From assembly GCF_009914755.1 (NCBI RefSeq), contig NC_060929.1: 64,000 nt of DNA; one strand, 5' to 3'. This document shows, piece after piece, positions 14,161 to 29,580 of this stretch. The number at the start of each line of letters is the position of its first letter. Position 1 is the stretch's first letter. The position numbers and the translations under genes are program-made. Below the pieces are notes generated by a model. It had not been told where the DNA came from. It did no database searches and was given only the letters and a program-made list of their open reading frames with translations. Source of the stretch: the human T2T-CHM13v2.0 reference genome, Homo sapiens.

Positions 14161-15449
14161 AATTCGAGAACTTCTAAAGAAGTCCAAGACATTTTCTCAG
14201 TGTCAAAGATGTGACAATATGGGATGTAAGACACATAAAGCAAAACGAAAAGCAAAAGGAAGTCCCAAGGCAAAAGAATCACATAAGGATAGAGAGGGTA
14301 TCTAAAAGGAATTTTTTTCAATAGCTGTCAAAATAAAAATTTAAATACGTGAAAGCAAGCAATAGATTATTATTTTTAAATTTACCTACTTGGCACTAAC
14401 GGTTTTTAAAACCTAGGCTAAGTTGAAATGTGCAGTTATCTATAAGGTAATATATTTTATTGTTCCTATCAGGATGGTAAACTCTGTCCACTACTGGCTT
14501 CCTCTACAAAAATCAATACTGGAGAAACTAGCTTAGTGAGAGAAATAGTTATAAGAAACTTAAAAAAAAAAAACAAAAAAAAAACCTATGTACGTTGAAG
14601 TCAGGATGCTGCAGCCTAATTTGGGAGGAAACCGGTTGTTGGAAAACTTTTCCATGCTACTCTTGCCTCTCTTATAAAGATAGGTAAAGCATACATCTTC
14701 ACCACGGCATGGGCATTGGACAGGAGAGGACTAGTTGTTAATGTCAGCATTAACAATTAGTAATATGGGGCAGCTTAAGGACTCTTGTGAAGTGAAGGTG
14801 AAAACCATAGGTAGTGAAGAGGCAAGGGGTGATCAGAGTGATTGGGAGATTGGGTGGTTCCTATAGTTCTCTGCCAAATAACAATGACCAGAGGCTGGTC
14901 ATCCGCCCTTCCCAATTCACATTACCACACAGGGTAGCTATATCCAGGAAATAAGAATTGATCTAAAAATCAACTAATAAAAACATCTACCTATTAAAGA
15001 AATACAACTATCTAAACATGTAACATAATGGGCTTCCCCTTTCAGTAGGCATAGGAAAGGGAGGAAACGGCAAAACCATGCCAGGCAACATCGTATTACA
15101 AGGAGGGAAGAAGAGAACGGGTTCCTATACCCCTACATTTCTCCCAGACCGATCATTCCAATCAGGCCCACAAAATGAGAGACAACTAATCAAGAGATTC
15201 TTGGAATTGCTGCCACTGTCTTGGAGCTCACAAAAGGAAACTGTATTGTGCCTGTGGAACTTTAAGCCAGAGGAGCAGAGGAGGCAATGGCCACTAGATG
15301 GCACCAAACTACAGCCAGGACCAAGAAAGATTCCGCTCTGTGCCCAACTCCCAGGACTTTTGCACAAGTTTGCTATAGTCATTTCACCAATATCGGTATC
15401 ACACAGTCTCGCACTTTACATAACTGAAAAATCTGCGATCCCCTGATTG

Positions 15450-17967
<2,518 letters not shown>

Positions 17968-17980
<13 letters not shown>

Positions 17981-18360
17981 CTGGAGTCTATAAACCCTAA
18001 TGGGTCCATAAATTTGGATGGAAAAATAATTACATGTTTACATTCAATGAAATACTTCTATTTACTTTCCCTAAACTTTATTACATTTTTACTTTCACTA
18101 ATCTCTATTCAGCATTTCTATTATAAATACAGTCAAGAAACCACAGTTGTCAGCAATAAAAATCAAAGGTGTTTCCACATCACATTATATTTGTTGCAGA
18201 CATCTTAAAAAAGCATTAATGTTCATTATTTCAAAATTATAATTAGTCAATATTATTTAATACATAAAAAACACATCTATGTATTTTCACATTATCCTGA
18301 AAAAGTTCCCATAGAATTGCTGCATTTCAAAGTGTCCAGGAAACTTCACTCCAAAAACCC
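17968..18360. mobile_element. hAT-Charlie-type DNA transposon fossil
   Basis: gttcttatcctggagtc...gggtccataaatttggatggaaaaataattacat resembles Charlie-family ends; subfamily not resolved. Confidence 0.5.
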
Positions 18361-18472
18361 ATGATATGGGAGAAAGAGAAAATTATCCTTATTAGAACAA
18401 ACTACCCAATATGATCAGCAAATTTCATTCTTAATGTGAAGTATTTGCTTCTTTTAAAGAATCTCTACTTTA

Positions 18473-18753
18473 TGCCGGGTGCAGTGGCTCACGCCTGTAA
18501 TCCCAGCACTTTGGGAGGCCGAGGCGGGTAGATCACGAGGTCAGGAGTTCGAGACCAACCTGGCCAATGCTGGTGAAACCCCATCTCTACTAAAAATACA
18601 AAAATTATCTGGGCATCATGACACACAACTGTAGTCCTAGCTACTCAGGAAGCTGGGGGAGGAGAACTGCTGGAACCCAGGAGGTGGAGGTGGCAGTGAG
18701 CTTAGATCACGCCACAGCACTCCAGCCTGGGCGACAGAGTGAGACTCTTTCTC

Positions 18754-18780
<27 letters not shown>
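18473..18780 (+). mobile_element. AluS (AluSg-like) with TSD
   Basis: gatcacgaggtcaggagttcgagacc; pure A tail of about 29 nt; direct repeat aatctctacttta on both sides (18460-18472 and 18781-18793). Confidence 0.95.
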
Positions 18781-18785
<5 letters not shown>

Positions 18786-20286
18786 CTACTTTAAACGTCT
18801 CTTTTGAATGAAATCATTTGGTCCTAACTGATTCAGAAAGACAACAGGTACTGTTGTACCAGTGTAGCATCTATAAGTTAAGAGCACCCAAAACACTGAA
18901 AGAGTTAGGTGCTCTGTCCCAAGTGGTCAAAAGATAAAGAGAACCAACAAAGGAACTAAATTATTTAAACTGGCCAAAAAAGAGAGAGTAGGTAAAAATA
19001 GTCAACTTTATAAATCATTATATAAAGTAGGATAACAGGATGGTTCCTGTCTCTATACTAGCTCTTTTATACTATTTCAATTTTTTAAATGTACAGGTAT
19101 AAGTAGGCTTAAAATGAAAATAGATTTCAATTAAAAATAAATTAAAATTTTCTGACCTTGAAATAAATGAATTAGGAAGTATTCAGAATTTTCACCTAGA
19201 AACCTTTCTAAATACATCTCCAGTTGTTGAAAAAGATCAGAGTGCAAAGATGAGATCAGCTCTCTTAAGCCTTGCCAGCTTTATTGGCCCATGACAATAA
19301 CTTCAGTTGAATAAATCTTAGTATGAAAGTGCCAATTATAACTCTTCTAATTTCAGTGAAAGAATAAACCGGTCAATTACTTTCGACTTCCTTAGTTTAT
19401 ATTTCCTAATGCTATCTAGTATCAGTAAACATGAAAAAAATCATGTTTTTTAAATTATATCATTATAGTGACAGTTGATAGTTTTTAAATTTTTATTGGC
19501 ATTGTCATAGGTCAAAAGCCCTATTTCTTTTATCTGTGATCCATCCTCTATATTAAAAGATTATATGAATTAATATTGTCAAGAATACAAAAATCTTTAA
19601 AAGAAGCAACAGAATAATTTATAAGTTTTGCTTTAATCAATGATTTATCTACATTTAAAAGTTTTCTCTTGTTTTCATAGACACTGATTATTTCATTGTC
19701 CTTTTAGTTGCTTTGATTATATGACTAACCTGAGGCAGCTGTTACTTCATTTTCTGAAATACTTTATCAGTCATTCTACCTAATCGGATAGAACTATCTG
19801 CACTGATCTTCTGCACTAATCTTCAGGAAAAAAAAATTCAATTTGACATTTAAAGATATTAATACAATTCTTAAATCTAGACAACTGACCCAATTAATCA
19901 TATACATTTTCAAATGACAAGAAACCAAAAGCCACCATTGCAAATACTACTTACTGTTCTCAACAATTCCCATAATATTAGATCTAGACTATATTAAACC
20001 CAGTATCACTCCATAATGATATAATAAAATCAACATACACTAAAAACATCCTATCTGTGATTTCCAATGTTCAACTGTATTTTGTTAATCTCTATATCAT
20101 TCATTAAGAGATAATGAAACCAACCATTGTTCTTAGGGCTCACATACACAGTAACATCCTTACTTTCACCAAGACTTATGGAATTTGCACTATTATTAAA
20201 TATCTTAAAAATCTCTGGAAAACAATATTTAATCATCTTCACATCAGGATCTGTTTTCTTTTTTGTTTGAGAAATTTATTCTAAAC

Positions 20287-20452
20287 CAGAGCATCTCAAA
20301 TATTAATGTGCAAGCAAACTATAGCTTGTTAAAATGCAGATCCTATTTCAGTTGGTGGGTCTGGGGTAGAACCTGAGTTCCTGCATTTCTAACAAACTTT
20401 TAAGTAATGCCGGTATACTGCCCATCCTCAGATCACACTTTGAATAGTAAGG
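20287..20452. mobile_element. MER5 (hAT-Charlie MITE)
   Basis: cttgttaaaatgcagat...ggtctggggtagaacctgag...tgcatttctaacaa...cacactttgaatag. Confidence 0.8.
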
Positions 20453-20758
20453 TTCGAGACTACAATTAAGTTTAACTTTTACAGAAATGCAATATGGTTC
20501 TTCATATACAGAAATACTTAGTTGCCCTTCAGTTTTTTCTTACTGAGGGGAACTAATTCCAAATCTTCCATATTTCTGAACTTTAAAATGTCTATAATAT
20601 ACGAGTAAGTGTGGTGGAGCTGGGGCACATACTAAAAATATACGATTTTTTTTTCAAGTTTTAAAAATAGCCAGAATTTGCTGGAAATCTCATAATGCAA
20701 CTGTAAGTAAGGAGTAATTATTAGCAGAAACTATAATTCTAACTTTAAAGTTTGAATA

Positions 20759-21474
20759 CAGTAGTCTCCCTTATCCATAGTTTCACATTCCACAGTTTCA
20801 GTTACTTGTGATCAACCACAGTTGAAAAATATTAAACAGAAATTTCCAGAAATAAAAAATACATAAATTTTTCACTTTCATATCACTCTGAATACCAAGT
20901 ATCATGATTAAATCTTGTGCCATCCTGCTCTATTCCACCCAGGTCATAAATCATTCCTTTGTCCAGCATATCCACAAATGTCGACACTACACACCCTTAG
21001 TCACTCAGTGGCTGGCTCAGTTATCAAATCAACTGTCAGGGTATTGCAGTGCTTATGTTGAAGTAACTCTTTCTTCAGTTAATAACATCCCCAATGTGCA
21101 AGAGTACTGATGCTGGTAATTCACATATGCCACAAATAAGCCATAACGTGCTTCCTTTAAGTAAAAAGGTAGCAGTTTTGGACTTAAGAAAAAAATGGTA
21201 TACTGAGGTTGCTAAAATCAATGGTAAGAACGAATCTTCTATCTGTGTAATTGTGAAGAAGGAAAAAGAAATTTATGCTAGTTTTGCCATCACACCTCAA
21301 AACAGCAAAATTTGTGGCTACAGTGCATAATAAAGTGCTTAGATAAGATGGAAAAGGCATTGTATTTGTAGATGGAAGACAACAGAAATGTGTTCTGATT
21401 GAGGGCAGTTGGGTTTAGCACTATCTGTGGTTTCAGACATCTACTGGGATCCCTCATGGATAAGGGGAACTATT
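20759..21474 (+). mobile_element. MER44/Tigger7-derived DNA transposon with a transposase N-terminal remnant
   Basis: TIRs cagtagtctcccttatcc and ggataaggggaactat, with TA on the left; ORF 21094-21330 (KSTDAGNSHMP...VLPLSKKVAVLDL...EVAKINGKNESSI..IVKKEKEI) resembles the CENP-B-like HTH of Tigger transposases. Confidence 0.88.
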
Positions 21475-22119
21475 AGAATGAAAAATAATTTTTAATTAGT
21501 TAGATTTAGATTTTAGATTTATTCTATGGCATAATTTTATATTTATTCTATAGCATAAGTTGCATTTAATTTTACAAAAAAATTATTCAAAAAACATGCT
21601 TTTTACTATTAAAGGTATTTAACATTCAGATATTGTCAAATTTTGAAGGGATTAGCATAATATATTCAGGATTTTCCAATAATGGATATCACTAAAAATT
21701 ATTTAGGACATCATTAAAAAATCTAGTTGGCAATAAAGAACCAGTTTCCCTAAATAATAACGAAAAATCAAATTAAGAAAAACTAATGCTATTATCAAAT
21801 CTTTGTATATTTGAAATTGTTATATAATCTAAATTTAGAAAACTCACCAAATTTTTACTACTGAACTAGAAATCCAAGAACTACAATAAGAAATTTCACA
21901 TAACCACAAAATACTCAACTTCTAGTTTATATAAGACATTAACAAATTTAGGTGGTCTGAAATTCTTAATTATGTAAATCATCAATGTTCAAAATATTCA
22001 GTATAAGATGCAGGGTGCTACTTAATCTTACTCCTACTAGTCATAAGTAGTGTAACATTGGTAAAGTTATCATCATTAAGTATTAATTTCCCATTTCTAT
22101 AAAAACAAAGCAAATTACT

Positions 22120-22400
22120 TCCCTCATCTATGGTTTACTAAACAAATATTTTGTGCCTATTCTGGGGCAGGCACTATGCTGAAGTAAAGAATACCAAAGT
22201 ACTCACCACAGCACTTACAATCTAAACCAGAAGAAAGACAATATACAGGTGGCTGAACAAGCAGATGAATAAATAAAATAAGTGCTATGAAGTCAGATAA
22301 AGTCAGATACGAGGGTTAAAAATGACTAGAACTGCTGTATTTGGTAGGGACAGATTAAAGAAGGCCTCCTTGGGGAAGTGACATTTGAGCTGAGATCTGT
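22120..22400 (-). mobile_element. L2 fragment
   Basis: aacaaatattttgtgcctattctggggcaggcactatgct...gaaggcctccttggggaagtgacatttgagctgagatctg. Confidence 0.7.
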
Positions 22401-23326
22401 CTCTAAGACATTATGAAAAACCAATGTTCACGCCTATTTTGTTTTAAATGTATTTTCTAAATTTTATTATTAATAAGCTCTGTTTATTTATAATGATAAA
22501 CAGGGATGATGTAAAATGCAAAAGGTAATTTCCAAGTAATTTTAGTTTTTTGTTGATTGCTAACAAAGTACAAAGTTGGATAATTTAAAGTGTGTGTCCT
22601 GGACATGTCCCATCCTCTAGTATAGTAATAAGAAAGAAAAAATTAGAAAACATTAGGCAGCTGATGGGGAGAAACTGGGGAGAGGGGAAGAATAAAGGGA
22701 AATTAAAGAGCTACATGATCCATAAAGTGGATATTCAACTCATGAATAAATCATAAGTAAGTGACACTTCTATTTTCATTTTATTCCTAAGAGGCAACAA
22801 GAGGTAGGTAGGGATGTGGGTGTGTGTGTGTCTGCAGGCACAAATGCATGCATATGTGCTGTGGCTTTTATACTTAACTTCACCTAACACTCCTCTTTTT
22901 ACTTTCGAAGCATTTTATCTCAAAGTATAAGATTTAAAGGCAAATCTGTAACTATGAAACGGCTCTGGTTCAACGTTATCAGAAAAGGACCAGAACTTTA
23001 GGTTATATAAATTCTCATGTTTTTCTTCTGAGATGCATCAGTCACTTGGCACAATACTTCAGTCATTGCAGAACACCTGATTCCTCACTCCTTCCCTGAT
23101 AAACTGTTCAATCAGAACTATGTTGAATGTATTTTTAAGTATCAAACTAAAAAGGTAGAATTCAAACTGAAAAAAAAATGGCAAGGAAAGAAACGCATTT
23201 TCTTTAAAGATATTTACATACTACTCAAAAGAGGTTGATATCAGTTACTACATATCCTCTTTTTATAGGTTTTTAATTAAGGGACTTTAAAATGGACTAT
23301 ATGAATTACCTTGGAATGTATTCTTC

Positions 23327-23860
23327 AGGGGAGGTAGAATTGTACCACTACCATCTTAGAGTTTTTAAGCTGGTCCTGAGAATTAAATTGAAGTGAGATC
23401 CACAGGAGAAAAGCTTACACATCTATTTAATACAAGTTTTATGTGCCACAAGAGCCTTCATAAAGAAATGAAGACCCAAAGACTCAATTAGAGTTGAATA
23501 TTCATATAATGAGGTAGACAAAGAGTAGTAAATTATGAAAATATAACAAAGCAAAGGGACTTCAGTTAGGGTGGTTATTTTAGGCAGAGAAGTGACCAGG
23601 AAGATAAAGGTTGGTTTCATAAGGTTGTTTGTACAAATTCCCCTCAGCTTCAATTTCCCATCCTTGCTAAGAATGTTACTTTCCTTCATATCGGGAGGAC
23701 CTCTTTCACATAGGAATTCCATCTTGTGCTTTTAAGGAGTAGGAGGAAGGTAAGAGTGATCTTCTTGAACCTACTGTTTTTCAAGTGACTTCACCTCAAA
23801 ATAATCAATATGCCACTCAAAGTGGCGTATTTTGAGGTGGCATGCTCTTAAGTTCTTTAA
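23327..23860 (-). mobile_element. ERV1 MER4-group solo LTR (MER34/MER39-like)
   Basis: aaataatcaatatgcca...aaagtggcgtattttgaggtggcatg is the reverse complement of the MER4-group LTR start; also aaatgaagacccaaaga and caggagaaaagc motifs. Confidence 0.7.
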
Positions 23861-24229
23861 TTATTTCCTTACACTGTTATGCAAGCGTTCAATCTTTAGT
23901 TTTAGATGACATCCATGATCACAGCAACAGTACTGACACCATTATCTCTAAGGGTAACCCAAGAAAGGTATAACCTCAAGAACTTAGTGGGAAGAATATA
24001 CACAATAACTAATGCCATCAAATTTGGTTATATTGGATACAGATGAAAAAATCTGTAAATTCCTCAATTTTTATTTATTTTTTCCACATGATCATAAAAC
24101 TGGTGCACAAAAGAACAATCTTCATTCTCTAGACCTGGAGAAATCTGAAGGCAAGAAGATTAAAATATGGGTACTGGATCTCCTCCCTCACCCTCTATGC
24201 CCCTCTTCCACCACCTTCCTTCCAACAAT

Positions 24230-24356
24230 ATATCACCTAGACAGATTGTAAGGTCTTCCAAAGAAGAGAACCATGTATTATTTGTCTTGGAATCCATAGT
24301 ACCTAAGACAGTGCCACCACAAAAAAGCTATTCAATAATAAAGAAAATTTGCTGAA
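24230..24356 (+). mobile_element. L2 3' end
   Basis: agattgtaaggtcttcc...ccatagtacctaagacagtgcc...tcaataa...tttgctgaa. Confidence 0.6.
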
Positions 24357-25212
24357 ATCTTTTAGACGAGGGTTTGTTTTCTCTTTTTTAATCAAGTTAC
24401 TTTACTACTTGAAACACTGAATAAAACCTAGGTACTGCCCTAAAATACATTTCCCTCTACTACTGTTGCTACAAATATCAAGGTACAGGAATGTGGCTAT
24501 ATCCCCTCAATGGAGATTAGGTAGGTCCCAGCAGAACCAGAAAACAAAACAAAACAAAAAGCAGCCAAACCAAGTATCAAAGCTAAAAGGTCTTCTCAAC
24601 AATTTTGAAACTAAGATTTCAAATATGTAGATTAAAGATACTAAAGAAGTAAACAATCTCCAGCATCTAAAAGCACCCAGGAGAGGTAAAAAGTACACAT
24701 GCCAGGTATGTTGCCATATAAAAAATTAGATTATAAGAAAACCGTAGAAACTCTTAATGGAAAAGGAGTCTTAAATACTGAGAAACTCTCAGTGTCTGTG
24801 GATACCCTACAAAAAAGTGAAGGCGATCTCCCCTACAATCCATTCCACTCATAGGTTGAGAAAGGCTGTTTCCTCCATACATGTATCTAAATGAAATGCA
24901 CCTAAATCATATATTTATGATGCAGTTAAATCACATATTTATTTATAACTATATGAATCATATTTTAATTATATTTATAATTAAATATAATTTATACATC
25001 ATATATTTATTTATAAATACATAAATCACATATTTAGCAACAATTGTAATGAAAAGGAGGTGACTCTTAGGTTAATAAAAAAAAAAAACATGTTGTCAAG
25101 GAAATTTGTCTAGTAAAACCAAAGAAACAGAGCATCCATTAGCCATAAACTTTGAGGATAAGTGACATTTAAGATTTTCTTTCTCAGTATGATGTTTGTT
25201 TCAAGTACGTTA

Positions 25213-25410
25213 ACAGTTATGTTAACAGTTTTAAATTATTATGTTGAAATAATTGAACAGCTGACAGTTTTAAATTATTTCTCCTTTTTACTATTATGAG
25301 AAGGGGGACAGTTATGTTAACAGTTTTAAATTATTATGTTGAAATAATTGAAGAGTTGACAGTTTTAAATTATTTCTCCTGAACCCTTTTTACTATTATG
25401 AGGAGGGGGG
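25213..25410. repeat. Local tandem duplication, two units of about 95 and 103 bp
   Basis: acagttatgttaacagttttaaattattatgttgaaataattgaa...tttactattatgag..ggggg starts at 25213 and again at 25308. Confidence 0.95.
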
Positions 25411-26329
25411 AAAACCACATACACATAAAGACTAACAGACTGCTGAAATTCTCCTCCAAAAGTCCATTTATTCATGGTAAACATTCATCTCTCCCCCTTT
25501 CCCCCTCTCCTTCTCCACATTCCCTACCTCCCTGTGTAAGCATGCAATTCACCTCCTTTCCCAATAATTACATCCAATAGAGCAGTGGAAATGATGAAGA
25601 CAAATGATTTAGTAAATAAAGACAATGCAAAAAAAAAAAAGAAATAGCAACAGAAGAGAATATGATTAATGAAAATTAGGTACCTATACCTAATCAAATC
25701 ACAGTAGAAATCATAATACATGATGGTCTCAATTCCTCCAGTGAAATAAACCATGAAAACTGGAGCTCCCTTCCTCTTCCAGTCTATTAAAGAAGGCCTA
25801 TCTTCTCTATTAATCCAACAAATGTCCAAATCATATTTATGTGTGGCAGCTTCTTATCCTCCCCCAACTCTCAGCCCAACATCTGTTTGATTGTGATAAG
25901 AATGCTACAAGCTAGAGGAGGCACCAGAATATACACACACAGAACAAACCAGGTTAAGATAGCTGGTGAATTCCTGATACCCGGCAAAACCATAAGCAAT
26001 CTCTTTATTCATTACAATACAGACTCAAACTCTGGAGAAAACAGTAGGAAGGTCCTACAAACACACATTATCAAGGATGGGCAGCTACCAAGAAGAAAAC
26101 TACCAATACAGTCAACTTCTTGAGAACATACTGGTGGATTAATACATGTTTATGAGTTGGGAAATACCTGCCAACAGATAATAAACTATAAAACAACACC
26201 TGAAGCAACATGCTCAGAAAGATATAAATGCAAGATTTCTCTATGTATCTATTTGTAACATCTTAATGTTCATTCATTGCTTTCATCTAGTTGGAAAAAT
26301 CCTTCCAAGTATTTAGTGATAGAACTAGG

Positions 26330-26549
26330 GAGGAAGCGTTAAGAATTCTTGAAAGATCTCCAAAACAGGAATTTCTGGCTCCCTTATGTGACCTTCAGCA
26401 AATTAACCTCTCTGTGCTTCAGTTTCTTCATCTATAAAATGAGGCTATTACCAGGGCAACAGGCCCTAAAATGGGCCTTATAGGGTGGTAATGAAGACTA
26501 AATGAGCTAATACACTGGTACAATGTGTGGCACATAAAAAGCAACCAAC
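26330..26549 (+). mobile_element. MIR whose 3' end is interrupted by two Alus
   Basis: tgtgaccttcagcaaattaacctctctgtgcttcagtttcttcatctataaaatgagg...gtgtggcacata. Confidence 0.8.
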
Positions 26550-27237
<688 letters not shown>

Positions 27238-27750
27238 TAAAACGGTTTCTCATTTAACTTAGGATAAAATCAATATTATTGTCATCAGAAACCTATTATA
27301 TATATGACTAGTGTCCTAATTGTAAAGGTCACATCATGAATACAGCTACAGCAAAATGAATTATTTATGTGTGTATGTATATAAAAATACTCTATGCAGA
27401 GTATGGTATGAAAAACATAACCATAGTTAATAACTATCAGCGAACCTGCCCCGATATTCACGTAGGTTCTTTTCTATTTTCCCTAAGTGTCGGCCAGCTT
27501 GAGAAATAAAGGGACAGAGTACAAAAGAGATAAATTTTAAAGCTGGGCATCCGGGGGAGACATCACATGTCGGTAGGTTCCGTGATGCCCACAAGCCACA
27601 AAAACCGGCAAGTTTTTATTAGGGAGTTTCAAAAGGGGAGGGAGTGCGCAAATAGGTGTGGGTCACAGACATCAAGTACTTTACAAGGTAAAAGAATATC
27701 ACAAGGCAAGTGGAGGCAGGGCGAGATCACAGGACCATAGGACCGAGGCG

Positions 27751-27908
27751 GGATAGCATTAGGAGATATACCTAATGCTAAACGACGAGTTAATGGGTGC
27801 AGCACACCAGCATGGCACATGTATACATATGTAACTAACCTGCACATTGTGCACATGTACCCTAAAACTTAAAGTATAATAATAATAAAAATAATAATAA
27901 TAATAAAA
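27751..27908 (+). mobile_element. Severely 5'-truncated young L1 3' end (L1PA3-like) with (AAT)n tail
   Basis: ggatagcattaggagatatacctaatgctaaacgacgagttaatgggtgcagcacaccagcatggc...ccctaaaacttaaagtataataa, nearly identical to the remembered L1PA3 3' UTR. Confidence 0.92.
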
Positions 27909-28626
27909 GGAAAATGAACAAAAAAGTCTCTCTGGCCTCAATGCCACTGAGGCCTATTACTGGAAAGTATACATAAAAGTTTAAAGAACAAAACAAATGC
28001 AGAAAAAAAATGCAATATTTATTATGAATAACTCTTGGATAAATGAGGGAGAAACTATTCAGTTACTATGCAGCTACCATAAAAATTCTTTTTATCAAAA
28101 TTTGTACAATATTTCCAAAGCTATGCTCAGAGGCAAATGTACAGCCCTAAATGCTTTTATTATTCATTAACAAAAATAAATGTCACTAATCTAAGATTTT
28201 CACTTCTATGAAATAACACAAGCCTAAGAGCATCAGAGAAAGAAAAAATACCAAAATTAGTTGATTTGATATATGCAGAAAGGACATTTGAAAAATAAGT
28301 TGAAGAGATGATTCTGTGGAATAATAAAGAGTATAATGAATTAAATAGACACATAGCTTGCTGTTTTCATTAAGAACAATGTAGCAAACCCATGGATATA
28401 TAGCATTAGAATGAAAAGCTATATTTCAACAGATACAGTGATCATTAAAAAGTAGTAAAAACTATTATGTAAAAATCTAGGCTAATGAATACAAGAACCT
28501 TGATGAAAATGTTACTTTTACAGGAATTTCTTAAATGATAAAAAAGTGATTCAGGAAATGTGAGAAAACAAAAATGTCTAATATCTATAAGAAAGAATGA
28601 AAAATAATTAAAGACTTATAAAAAAA
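27909..28626 (+). other. Putative L1 3'-transduced segment made of ancient L1M ORF2-like DNA
   Basis: Sits between the L1 tail and the resumption of MER11; contains diverged ORF2 motifs (caaagctatgctcagaggcaaatgtacagccctaaatgct); ends ATTAAA (28607-28612) then A7. Confidence 0.7.
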
Positions 28627-29419
28627 GAAATTAAAATTGCTAATGAAGTTTCGGGCATCATTGTCATTGATAACATCTTATCAGGAGACAGGGTTTTTGA
28701 GATCAACTGGTCTGACCAAAATTTATTAGGTGTGAATTTCCTCTTCCTAATAAGCCTGGGCGTGCTACGGGAGACTGGAGTCTATCTCACCTCTGCAGTC
28801 TCGACCATAAGAGACGACCACGCCCGGGGGGGCCAGTTTAGAGACCTACCCCCAGGTGCGCATTCTCTTTCTCAGGGATGTTCCATGCTGAGAAAAAGAA
28901 TTCAGTGATATTTCTCCCATTTGCTTTTGAAAGAAGAGAAATATGGCTCTGTTCCACCCAGCTCACCAGCGGTGAGAGTTTAAGGTTATCTCTCTTGTTT
29001 CCTGAACGTTGCTGTTATCCTGTTCTTTTTTCAAGGTGCCCAAATTTCATATTACTCAAACACACATGCTGTACAATTTGTGCAGTTAATGCAATTATTA
29101 CAGGGTCCTGAGGTGATATACATCCTCCTCAGCTGAAAGGATTAAGAGATTAAAGACAGGCATAGGAAATCACAAGGGTATTGACTGGGGAAGTGATAAG
29201 TGTCCATGAAATCTTTACAATTTATGTTTAGAGATTGTAGTAAAGACAGGCATAAGTATAAAAGTATTAATTTGGGGAACTAATAAATGTCCATGAAATC
29301 TTCACAATCCACGTTCTTCTGCCATGGCTTCAGCTGGTCCCTCCATTTGGGGTCCCTGACTTCCCGCAACAAATAACATTAAGGATTTTGTATGTTACAA
29401 CTTTTACATTTATTACAAT

Positions 29420-29580
29420 ATTTAAAAACAGAACCCCAAGTGTAAGTACAATTATTACTATTATTATCCTAATTATACATATAAGGAAACTGGAGAGCAG
29501 AGAGGTTAACTACTCAGGTCCACAAAAAGGAAGTGACCAAGACAGAATTAAACCCCAAGTCTTTGTAATCCTCCAAAACA
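29420..29580 (-). mobile_element. MIR fragment
   Basis: attattatcctaattatacatataaggaaactggagagcagagaggttaac...aggtccaca. Confidence 0.7.

Larger units (their letters stand above)
27435..29371 (-). mobile_element. MER11 (HERV-K11) solo LTR, about 1060 bp (MER11C-like), split by an 876-bp insertion at 27751-28626
   Basis: Right end ...ggtccctgacttcccgcaaca is the reverse complement of the MER11 start TGTTGCGGGAAGTCAGGGACC; left end tatcagcgaacctgccccgatattcacgtagg; 6-bp TSD aataac at 27429-27434 and 29372-29377. Confidence 0.93.

Noticed and set aside
15078-15446. 122-aa ORF in a GC-richer patch
   Set aside because: No recognisable domain; it lies just upstream of old L1 ORF1-like DNA and is probably a decayed L1 5' region.
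21094-21330. 78-aa ORF with a CENP-B-like HTH, a possible domesticated transposase
   Set aside because: It lies inside a short non-autonomous MER44/Tigger7 element, lacks the DDE domain and shows no promoter or splice support.
25213-25410. Direct repeats that could suggest a CRISPR-like array (also 59057-59150 and 40226-40320)
   Set aside because: Adjacent tandem copies without unique spacers, in a primate nuclear context with no cas-like ORFs.
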